This document shows, one piece after another, positions 1 to 9,042 of a stretch of DNA of 64,000 nt. The notes under the pieces are model-generated. The model saw only the letters and a list, made by a program, of their open reading frames with translations, searched no databases and had not been told where the DNA came from. Both the position numbers and the translations under genes were made by a program. The first letter of the stretch is position 1. Each line of letters starts with the position of its first letter. The stretch comes from Leucoraja erinacea (taxonomy: Eukaryota). The stretch covers positions 4,650,001 to 4,714,000 of the forward strand of contig NC_073396.1 of assembly GCF_028641065.1 (NCBI RefSeq). Reading direction: 5' to 3'.

Positions 1-110
1 AAAATGCAGATTGTTATCCGTGGTTATATTGGAATGCAAAATCTGATGCAGTGCAAACGTAGCTGCCAACAATTCACCTGTCGCCGCACATCACTCCTTA
101 ATTCTTCAAT

Positions 111-1721
111 TTAGTCCAATTTCCTCTTCCCACCTGAAGATATTTTGACAAGTAAAGCTTTAAGCAATTTACACGCCAGATAAAGGGCAAGCGTCGACAC
201 AGCAACGAGGATGGCGATGACATCCAGCAGGTAGTACTGATAGAAGGGCAGCTCAGTGCCCGCGGCTCGCAAGTGAGCGGCGCCTCGGTGCCTAATGGTG
301 TATTCAATCCAGAAGACCGCCAGCGCTTTGGGTTCCAGCGGGACATCCCGGTGCAAGGCGGATATTCGCTTCATGTTCTCCCCGTAGGAAGGGATCTCGA
401 TGACAGTCTTCACCGCCTGGAAGATCACATCGCTTGTTAAATGAGCCAAGTCCAGCATGATCGCCGCCCCTCGCGTTTTGAGGCGCAGAAGGTTGTCGTA
501 CTGATCGCCCAAAACTGGGATGCCGACCAGAGGGACGCCGTGATAAATGGCCTCGTAGAGCCCGTTCTCCCCACCGTGGGTGATGAAGGCTCTGGTCTTC
601 GGGTGACCCAGCAGATCGTTTTGAGGAAGCCAACTCATCACCTTGGTGTTATTCCCTAAGGTGGATGGCGCGTCTCCAACCAAGCGCCAGACCACTCTCT
701 GGGGTAGGCGGGCCAGTCCCGCCGCCAATTCAGTCGCCAGTTCTGGTGGGTAGATGCTCACCACACTTCCCAAGGAGAAGATCACGACCCCTTGGTCCCC
801 AGAACCGTCCATGAACCGCTGCAGTTCAGCAGAGAGCGGGCGGCCCGCGCTACACTGAACACCCCCGATGTAAACCAGGTTTGGCATGGTGGGCCGGGGA
901 TAATCAAAGGCAAAGTCAACCTTCATCAGGACCATGTCAGCCTTGGCATAAAGCTCTTCCACCGTGATGTCGCTGTCCAGGTAACGCCGACACAGCTCGT
1001 TATAGGCGGGGTAAATGTAGAAGTAACTTGTGAATCTGGACATCTCATAGATCAACACGTTCTTCATCCTCTCCCACACCGACATCCTGTCCGACAAGCG
1101 GGAATTTACCACGGGCACGAAGGAAAGTGGCGACGGAGCCAAGTTAAAGTGGAGGTCCCCGGTGATCATCCACCTGCCAAAGAACACCAGCGGCGTGCCC
1201 AGTACCTGTGCCAACATGGCCCCGGCCGCATGGTAAGGGTCGGCTAAAGTCAGGTCAAACCCTGCTCCTTTCAGTCGCTGCAACAGTGCGCGGTCGTCAA
1301 ACAACGCGCGGATGACCGGGATGGTCACCTCTTTGTTGAGTAGGAATAAGCTCAACATGCTGCGGGCGGCGGCGAAGCTGGAGAGGAAGCCGTCTTCCAC
1401 GTAGAGCGAGTTGAAGACAATGTCACGGATTTCGCTCGCGTTCCGCGTTTTGCGCGACTCAGCTGCCGGCACCAGGATAGTTTCCAGCGTGAAATCCTCG
1501 GATGTTGTTTCCAACCCCCGCGAGTCGTTGCTCCTCAGCACCGTCACTTGGTGCCCGCTCGCCACCAGTTCCAGGAGCAGGGTCTTCATGATGATCCAGT
1601 GGCTCCAGTCGGCGGGCACGGCCAGGATCTTGGCCGCTTCTGAGCCGCGATTCCCCGCAGAGGAGAAGAGCGCGGCGCCCAGCAGGAGCGCCAGCAACGA
1701 CGCCCTGCTTCTCACTGACAT
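111..1721 (-). CDS. UDP-glucuronosyltransferase, intronless CDS (UGT5-like), copy 1, 536 aa
   Basis: Signal peptide, catalytic His motif PADWSHW, UGT signature WLPQNDLLGHPKTRAFITHGGENGLYEAIYHGVPLVGIPVLGDQ, C-terminal TM helix and KxKxx tail (KRKLD). First ATG at 1721; the ORF-track start at 1745 is a TTG. Subfamily inferred from the intronless CDS. Confidence 0.93.
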   Translation of the reverse strand: MSVRSRASLLALLLGAALFSSAGNRGSEAAKILAVPADWSHWIIMKTLLLELVASGHQVTVLRSNDSRGLETTSEDFTLETILVPAAESRKTRNASEIRDIVFNSLYVEDGFLSSFAAARSMLSLFLLNKEVTIPVIRALFDDRALLQRLKGAGFDLTLADPYHAAGAMLAQVLGTPLVFFGRWMITGDLHFNLAPSPLSFVPVVNSRLSDRMSVWERMKNVLIYEMSRFTSYFYIYPAYNELCRRYLDSDITVEELYAKADMVLMKVDFAFDYPRPTMPNLVYIGGVQCSAGRPLSAELQRFMDGSGDQGVVIFSLGSVVSIYPPELATELAAGLARLPQRVVWRLVGDAPSTLGNNTKVMSWLPQNDLLGHPKTRAFITHGGENGLYEAIYHGVPLVGIPVLGDQYDNLLRLKTRGAAIMLDLAHLTSDVIFQAVKTVIEIPSYGENMKRISALHRDVPLEPKALAVFWIEYTIRHRGAAHLRAAGTELPFYQYYLLDVIAILVAVSTLALYLACKLLKALLVKISSGGKRKLD

Positions 1722-2029
1722 TCTTCCACCAAGTTTGTATCCCAACCAGGAAACAAATGTTTGTATCCCAACCTATTCCTACCTTTGGGATCGAATTACA
1801 CTTCCTGGTTAGTTATCAACTGGCCACCACTGAACACATCCCGCTGAACCGCCGATTAAATCAGTTGTCGTTCCTACAGAAGCAAAATAAGCGAAATTAA
1901 CTCGAATTGAATTGTTTTACAAATTCTTTCCCCACACTGCATGGTTCATTCTTTTCTCAGATCCCCGGTGAGTGCTTTTTGCTCCTTCACTGAAAAATTT
2001 CCATTAAGATCTGACTAATCTTCAACATT

Positions 2030-2350
2030 TCACTTCTGGCACTCGGGCCAAACGCACGAGTTACTCACGAGTCACTACGGTAAACTCGCGGGCCACTACG
2101 TTCTTACAACGAGTTTAAATGTTTCAATTTTTTTAATCTCAGGAGTAAATTTGACTCGCGGAAAACTTTTAATAGTGAAATTGTTCAAGAGTTAACACGT
2201 TTCACGGGTACCTGCCGTTGGCGCCACGAGTCGCTAAGTTGCGTCCAAGAGTTCCGACGTTCCCGCTACGTTCATTGTACGTGATTACGAGTTTAATTTG
2301 TTTTAAACTCGGGGTCACTCGTGGGTCGACTCCCACCGTGAGACAGGGTT
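2030..2350. mobile_element. Fragment of a non-autonomous DNA transposon related to the MITE at 57221
   Basis: CpG-rich with repeated actcg/cgagt motifs; ends in gtgagacaggg, resembling the TIR gtgggacaggccc. Confidence 0.45.
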
Positions 2351-2709
2351 TTTTTTAAGGTGGTTTCAAACGGGGAGGAAGCAGGAATATTCTATGGCGC
2401 TATAAATTCTTGTCCCTTTCTTGCAAGGAAATGCAGATGCTGGTTTATGCCAAAGATGTACACAAACGGCTGCAGTAACTCAGTGGGTCAGACGGCATCT
2501 CTGGGGAACATGGATAAGCGATAAATGGGTTTCTGGTGCGATCCTACTTCAGATTTCTAGTTTACACTTGCTCCGAGTTGTGCAATATTAAAACATTTGC
2601 CAAGAACAGGAAACTTGTGATCACATCAAAGGGCAGCTTAAACAGAATACATTTGTAGTTTAACGTTTGACCAGTTAAAACCAATCACGGATGAATTCTA
2701 CAGAGTAGA

Positions 2710-2925
2710 AACAAGGAACTACAGGTGCAAAATAAAAAATTACAAAGTGCTGGAGTAACTTAACGGGTCAGGCAGTATATCTGGAGAACATGGATAGGTG
2801 ACTTAGAACTTCGAACTTCTGCAGACGACCCGTCTAATGGCCCCGACCCGAAACGTCACCCATCCATGTTCTCCAGAGATAATGCCTGATCCGCTGAGTT
2901 ACTCCAGCGCTTTGTGTCTATCTTC
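2710..2925. repeat. Inverted pair of Penelope-derived terminal repeats
   Basis: gctggagtaact...catggataggtgac followed by its reverse complement gtcacccatccatg...agttactccagc. Confidence 0.7.
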
Positions 2926-3011
2926 GGGAATGCATCTTGTGTGTCGGCTTGAATGTGCTTTCTTTTAATATGCCATGAAATATCCTTGAACAATATTAGC
3001 AACAATATGAG

Positions 3012-3225
3012 CAAGAGGGAACTGCAGATGCTGGTATAAACCGAAGGTAGACACAGAAAGCTGGAGCAACTCAGCGAGACAGGCAGCATCTCTGGAGAGA
3101 AGGAACGGGTGATGTTTCGGGTCGAGAAGTCTGAAGAAGGGTCTTGACCCGAAACGTCAAATATTCCTTCTTTCCAGAGATACTCCCTGATCCGCTGAGT
3201 TACTCCAGCTTTTTTTGTGTCCGTC
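3012..3225. repeat. Inverted pair of Penelope-derived terminal repeats with hammerhead-like core
   Basis: About 90 bp arms centred near 3127; ctgaaga-agggtcttgaccc-gaaacgtc at 3131-3158. Confidence 0.75.
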
Positions 3226-3294
3226 TTTAGCAACATTATGCTTTGGTTTTGCACGGGTCACTTTAAAAAATGTCTTGTCACATCTCAAGAGAAT

Positions 3295-3510
3295 CGAGAC
3301 AATAGGTGCAGGAGTAGGCCATTCGGCCCTTCGAGCCAGCACCGCCATTCAATGTGATCATGGCTGATCATCCACAATCAGTACCCCGTTCCTGCCTTCT
3401 CCCCATATCCCCTGACTCCGCTATCTTTAAGAGCACTATCTATATCTCTCTTGAAAGCATCCAGAGAACCTGCCTCCATCGTCCTCTGAGGCAGAGAATT
3501 CCACAGACAA
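3295..3510 (-). mobile_element. CR1-type LINE 3' end
   Basis: Minus translation LWNSLPQRTMEAGSLDAFKRDID plus 3' UTR; near-identical to copies at 12765 and 18615. Confidence 0.85.
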
Positions 3511-4544
3511 GTCAAGAGAGTTTTATTGTCATATGTCCCAGATAGGACAATGAAATTCTTGCTTGCTGCAGCCCCACAGAATGTGTAAACATAGTACATA
3601 GCGGGAGAAAAAAAAAGTTGAATGTGTGTATAAACACTGAACTTGGTTACACTGGCGGGTGTTCAGTGGAGCAACGTGAACCAGCCGAGTGACACAAGGT
3701 CCGCTGCGCCCCCCAGTGGCCCTCTGCTGTCACCGGTACATCTGTGGAGCACAGACGTGACCCTGTGTCACTGGGCTGGGCTCACGGTGCGCTCCTGCAC
3801 ACGCGACCTCCTCCTTGCAAAATAGCCCGAACGTCTGCAAATGTCAAATGTCAGTGTGTAGAAAGGAACTGCAGGTACCGGTTTAAACCGGAGATGAACA
3901 CAAAGTGGTGGTGTTACTCAGCGGGTCAGGCAGCATCTATGGAGAAACAGCATGGGTGACAGTTTCGAGACAGGTGCCGTCTTCAGATTGAAAGTAGAGG
4001 GGAGGGAACTGGAGGTAATAAAAGGCAGGAACAAAGCCGGGCCGGGCGGCAACAGATGACCAAGGAAGGGTGGAGCCCACAACGGTCGATTGTTGGCTGG
4101 GGAAGAGATGACCAAGGAAGGGTGGAGCCCTCTGCGTGAAGGACCAACAAGGGACCATTGTGACCACACGTTATTTGTAGTTTCGATATTAGAATCCTTC
4201 AATCTTCCCTTGAACGCTCATTGCTTTATCCCGGCCATTACTAATTATAAACACGATCCCGAATTACATTTATGCATAGTTTCTCTTTACAGTGTGGGAG
4301 GAAACAATCCAGCGTTTCCACATCTGGATGCCAGCATTTCCCCGTGCAGCTGTGGGAAAGGCAAGGGTTCCCTCACAAGGATGAGCTCACACGGAATTCC
4401 CAACTCGCTGACAGACCTTTGCCGCGGTCATTGCAACGTCTGGTTCCCCCCGGCGAGGAGCCAGCCTCTTCCTGCAGTTTTGCACCAATTCTGATGCTAA
4501 ATCTGCCGACTGGGCTTATGAGGGGGAAATATTTACGGTGCTTT

Positions 4545-4830
4545 TAAGTGACGCTGGAAAAATTTAATATGAATCTGAGGGGTAACCTTTTCACACAAAA
4601 GCTGGTGGGTGTATGGAACAAGCTTCCAGAGGAAGTAGTTGGGGCAGGGACTATTGTAACGTTTAAGCTACAATTAGACAGGATAGGAAAGAATTTGAGG
4701 TATTGGGCCAAACGCAGGCAAGTGAGACAAGTGTAGATGGGACATGTTGGTTGGTGTGGGCATGTTGGGCCGAAGGGCCTGTTTCCACGCTGTATGACTC
4801 TATGACTCCATCACTATAACTCTAAGATTC
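4545..4830 (+). mobile_element. CR1-type LINE 3' end with tandem tail
   Basis: RGNLFTQKLVGVWNKLPEEVV, gggccgaagggcctgtttcc stem-loop, (tatgactc)n tail. Confidence 0.8.
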
Positions 4831-4899
4831 TATGAATGACTAACCCTATGATTCTATCACTCGATGACTATCACTCTAGGACTATGATCCCATGACTCC

Positions 4900-5077
4900 A
4901 TCACTCACTCACTCACTCACTCACTCACTCACTCACTCACTCACTCACTCACTCACTCACTCACTCACCCACTCACTCAAGCTCACTCACACTCACTCAC
5001 TCTCACTCACTCACTCACTCACTCACTCACTCACTCACTCACTCACTCACTCACTCACTCACCCACTCACTCACTCA
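4900..5077. repeat. (TCAC)n microsatellite
   Basis: Tandem TCAC array with few interruptions, adjoining the CR1 tail. Confidence 0.97.
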
Positions 5078-5384
5078 ACCACTCTGTGACTATATGACCA
5101 TGACTCTGACTCGACCACTCAATCATCTAGCACTCTAAGACTGCATCTGATAACACGAGTCACAGGTTCAGCAAGTCCTCTCAGTAGCGCCAAGAGGGGC
5201 AGGTGTAAGGGAGAGAGGTCAAAAAACAATAGTTCCTACAAATCTTTTCAATGTGTTGAATTTTTTATTTTTTTGTTTTTATGGCATTTCTGCATTCATT
5301 TTCAATTTATTTTTTGTAAATCTTCATGATGCATTTGCCCACCAATTCAGCCCGTGGTCCGGCTTCACCGGCAAACGAAGAACA

Positions 5385-6125
5385 CTGGAGCAAAACAGAA
5401 AGTGCTGGAGTAACTCAGCGGCTCAGGCGGCGTCTGTGGAGAGAGGGGGCGGGCGACGTTTCAGGCGGGACGCGTCCCGATGCTGCAGGAGCGAGGCTGG
5501 GTCAGAACATGGTGAGACAACAGCAGAACAACGGGGATCATGGAGGGGGGGGGGGGGGGGGGGTGGTGTGAGAGAGGGTCTCACAGAACTCTCACCGGAA
5601 TTAGGAAGAAAACCTCTTCAACGTGGGAAGGACGCAAAGTGCTGGAGTAACTCAGCAGATCAGTCAGCATCTTTGGAGAACATGGAAAGGTGACATTTCG
5701 GGTCGGGGCCCTCCTTCAGAGTGAAGGCACAAGGAACCGCAGATGCAGGTTTACAAATAAAAAGACACAAAGTGCTGGAGTGTAACTCAGCGGGACAGGC
5801 CGCATCCGTGTAGATGGGTAGGTAACGGATCGAGACCTTTCTTCAGCCCCTTCTTCAAAGTAGGCATACCTTGAGGAGATTCGGCAATGGGGCATAAAAC
5901 GCAGACACAAAGAACTGCAGAAGCTGAAATCTTGAAAGCTGAAGTTACTCCGCGGGTCAAGCAGCATCTTTGATGAACGAGGATAGATGATGTTTCGTGT
6001 CGGGGGCCCTTCTTCAGACTGCAGACACAAAGAACTGCAGATAAAAAAAAACACAACGTGCTGGAACAGGCATTTGGAACATGGATGGGGTAACGTTACG
6101 GGTCGGGACCTTTCTTCAGGCCGCT
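5385..6125 (-). repeat. Cluster of about five tandem Penelope-derived terminal repeat copies
   Basis: Repeated gctggagtaactcagc...gcagcatc...gtttcgggtc..gacccttcttcag units in the same orientation. Confidence 0.7.
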
Positions 6126-6213
6126 TCTTCTAAACAGAGGGTGATGGTCAAGAGATGGGTGTGAGGAGGTGCGAGAGTGTCCGAATGATCAATAGACCGA
6201 CTGGCACTGACAA

Positions 6214-7842
6214 TCAATCTACTTTCTTCAATTTAGTCCTTGTCCTTCTTCCAACTGAATGCATTTTGACAAGTAGAAATATCAGCAATTTACACGCCAG
6301 ATAAAGGGCAAGCGTCGACACAGCAACGAGGATGGCGATGACATCCAGCAGGTAGTACTGATAGAAGGGCAACTCAGTGCCCGCGGCTCCCAAATGAGCG
6401 GCGCCTCGGTGCCTAATGGTGTATTCAATCCAGAAGACCGCCAGCTCTTTGGGTTCCAGCGGGACATCCCGGTGCAAGGTGGATATTCGCTTCATGTTCT
6501 CCCCGTAGGAAGGGGTCTCGATGACAGTCTTCACCGCCTGGAAGATCACATCGCTTGTTAAATGAGCCAAGTCCAGCATGATCGCCGCCCCTCGCGTTTT
6601 GAGGCGCAGAAGGTTGTCGTACTGATCAAATAAAACTGGGATGCCGACCAGAGGGACGCCGTGATAAATGGCCTCATAGAGCCCGTTCTCCCCACCGTGG
6701 GTGATGAAGGCTCTGGTCTTCGGGTGACTCAGCAGATCGTTTTGAGGAAGCCAACTCATCACCTTGGTGTTATTCCCTAAGGTGGATGGCGCGTCTCCAA
6801 CCAAGCGCCAGACCACTCTCTGGGGCAGGCGGGCCAGTCCCGCCGCCAATTCAGTCGCCAGTTCTGGTGGGTAGATGCTCACCACACTTCCCAAGGAGAA
6901 GATCACGACCCCTTGGTCCCCAGAACCGTCCATGAACCGCTGCAGTTCAGCAGAGAGCGGGCGGCCCGCGCTACACTGAACACCCCCGATGTAAACCAGG
7001 TTTGGCATGGTGGGCCGGGGATAATCAAAGGCAAAGTCAACCTTCATCAGGACCATGTCAGCCTTGGCATAAAGCTCTTCCACCGTGATGTCGCTGTCCA
7101 GGTAACGCCGACACAGCTCGTTATAGGCGGGGTAAATGTAGAAGTAACTTGTGAATCTGGACATCCCATAGATCAACACGTTCTTCATCCTCTCCCACAC
7201 CGACATCCTGTCCGACAAGCGGGAATTTACCACGGGCACGAAGGAAAGTGGCGACGGAGCCAAGTTAAAGTGGAGATCCCCGGTGATCATCCACCTGCCA
7301 AAGAACACCAGCGGCGTGCCCAGTACCTGTGCCAACATGGCCCCGGCCGCATGGTAAGGGTCGGCTAAAGTCAGGTCAAACCCTGCTCCCTTCAGTCGCT
7401 GCAACAGTGCGCGGTCGTCAAACAACGCGCGGATGGCCGGGATGGTCATCTCATTGTTAAAGAGGAGTGAGGCATACATGCTGCGGGCGGCGGCGAGGCT
7501 GGAGAGGAAGCCGTCTTCCACGTAGAGCGAGTTGAAGACAATGTCACGGATTTCGCTCGCGTTCCGCGCTCTGTACGCCTGAGCTGCCGGCACCAGGATA
7601 GTTTCCAGCGTGAAATCCTCGGATGTTGTTTCCAACCCCCGCGAGTCGTTGCTCCTCAGCACCGTCACCTGGTGCCCGCTCGCCACCAGTTCCAGGAGCA
7701 GGGTCTTCATGATGATCCAGTGGCTCCAGTCGGCGGGCACGGCCAGGATCTTGGCCGCTTCTGAGCCGCGATTCCCCGCAGAGGAGAAGAGCGCGGCGCC
7801 CAGCAGGAGCGCCAGCAACGACGCCCTGCTTCTCACTGGCAT
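6214..7842 (-). CDS. UDP-glucuronosyltransferase, intronless CDS (UGT5-like), copy 2, 542 aa
   Basis: Intact ORF nearly identical to copy 1; same catalytic His, UGT signature, TM helix; KKxx tail (KKVD). Confidence 0.93.
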   Translation of the reverse strand: MPVRSRASLLALLLGAALFSSAGNRGSEAAKILAVPADWSHWIIMKTLLLELVASGHQVTVLRSNDSRGLETTSEDFTLETILVPAAQAYRARNASEIRDIVFNSLYVEDGFLSSLAAARSMYASLLFNNEMTIPAIRALFDDRALLQRLKGAGFDLTLADPYHAAGAMLAQVLGTPLVFFGRWMITGDLHFNLAPSPLSFVPVVNSRLSDRMSVWERMKNVLIYGMSRFTSYFYIYPAYNELCRRYLDSDITVEELYAKADMVLMKVDFAFDYPRPTMPNLVYIGGVQCSAGRPLSAELQRFMDGSGDQGVVIFSLGSVVSIYPPELATELAAGLARLPQRVVWRLVGDAPSTLGNNTKVMSWLPQNDLLSHPKTRAFITHGGENGLYEAIYHGVPLVGIPVLFDQYDNLLRLKTRGAAIMLDLAHLTSDVIFQAVKTVIETPSYGENMKRISTLHRDVPLEPKELAVFWIEYTIRHRGAAHLGAAGTELPFYQYYLLDVIAILVAVSTLALYLACKLLIFLLVKMHSVGRRTRTKLKKVD

Positions 7843-7937
7843 TCTTCCACCCTGTGGGACCGTGAGAGCTCGCCACCGTGGCGCCGTGAGAGCTCGCTTT
7901 GATGCTGAGATTTGTCTTGCACAACCCCCCTTCAGAT

Positions 7938-8260
7938 GGACACAAAGTGCTGGAGTAACTCAGCGAGTCAGGCAGCATCTCTGGAGAACAAGGGTGAGCG
8001 ACCTTTCGGGTCGAGACCCTTCTTCAGACTGGTTGTAGCAGCGAGAAGGAAAGTGGACAAGGGTTGAGGCAGAACCAACCGCGGGGGTCATGTCGACATC
8101 GGTGATTGGCGGTTTTGACAGGCAGATTATTGGAACCAGGCCACGGGGGAATGAAGCGGAGGGGAGGGAGTGTTTTGTGTGTATGAGTGGGGGAGCGGGG
8201 GTGGTATTCTGTAGAGTTGACCTAACATTGGAATATTCAATGTTCCTACATTGGGTTGTG
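7938..8260 (-). mobile_element. Penelope-like element 3' fragment (GIY-YIG C-terminus remnant plus terminal repeat)
   Basis: 8222-8260 reads on minus, with one frameshift, QPN-x-RNIEYSNV, resembling the LGSLQPNGMNIEFSNF end of Penelope ORFs; contiguous with the terminal repeat at 7938-8030. Confidence 0.65.
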
Positions 8261-8334
8261 CTAGATGCTGAGTTCTTCCAACACTTTGTGGCCTTTTATA
8301 TAAAACAGTATCAGCAGTTCCTCGTTTCTCTCCA

Positions 8335-8490
8335 CGATCCTGACTACGGGTGCTGTCTGTACGGAGTTTGTACGTTCTCCCCGTGACCTGCGTGGAATTT
8401 CTCCGGATGCTCCCGTTTCCTTCCACACTCCAAAGACGTGCAGGTTTGCAGGTAACTTGGGTCGTTGTAAATTGGGATTTTTTTTTCTCC
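8335..8490 (+). mobile_element. V-SINE (HE1-like) fragment
   Basis: V-domain ggagtttgtacgttctccccgtg...ctccggatgctcccgtttcc; homologous to the copy at 14303. Confidence 0.8.
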
Positions 8491-8844
8491 ACTACCCAAG
8501 CATGCAGATAGTATATGGATAGCGAGCTTTATTGGTGTCAAGGATTACAAAGTGTCGAGGGTTATTATATAAAGAGTAGACGTTGTTTCCTCTTCAATGC
8601 AGATGTACGGGGCAAGTATTTCACACGAGCATAGTGGGGGCCTGCAATGCCTTGCCTTGCCTTGGTGGTGATGGAGGCAGATACAACAGTGATGTTTAAG
8701 TGACTTTTAGATAGGCACATGGACATGCGGGGGGGAATAGATCCTGTACAGGCAGATGAGTTCAGTTTAGCTTGGCATCATGTTCGGCACAAACGTTGTG
8801 GGCCGAAGGGCCCGTTCCTGAGCTGCGCTGTTCTGTATAGAAAG

Positions 8845-9042
8845 AAAGAACAGCAGATGCTGCTTTGTACCAAAGATAGACACAAGTGCTAGAGTATCTC
8901 GGCAGGCCAGGCAGCATCTCTGGAGAAAAAGGGTGGGTAGGTGAGACAGTCTGAAGAAGGGTCCGGACCCAAAACGTCACCCATCCTTACTCGCCAGAGA
9001 TGCTACCTGATCCTCTGAGTTACTCCAGCACTTTGTGTCTAT
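8845..9042. repeat. Inverted pair of Penelope-derived terminal repeats
   Basis: Arms gatagacacaagtgct...ctggaga and ccagaga...agcactttgtgtctatc; core at 8951-8978 with GAAA changed to AAAA. Confidence 0.72.

Noticed and set aside
792-1247. 151-aa plus-strand ORF, repeated at 6913-7368
   Set aside because: Antisense shadow of the GC-rich UGT CDS; repeated only because the UGT is duplicated.
4892-5089. ORF with SLTH repeats
   Set aside because: Translation of the (TCAC)n microsatellite.
5385-6125. CRISPR-like repeat-spacer appearance
   Set aside because: Eukaryotic context; units are long, divergent transposon-derived repeats with irregular spacing and no cas genes.
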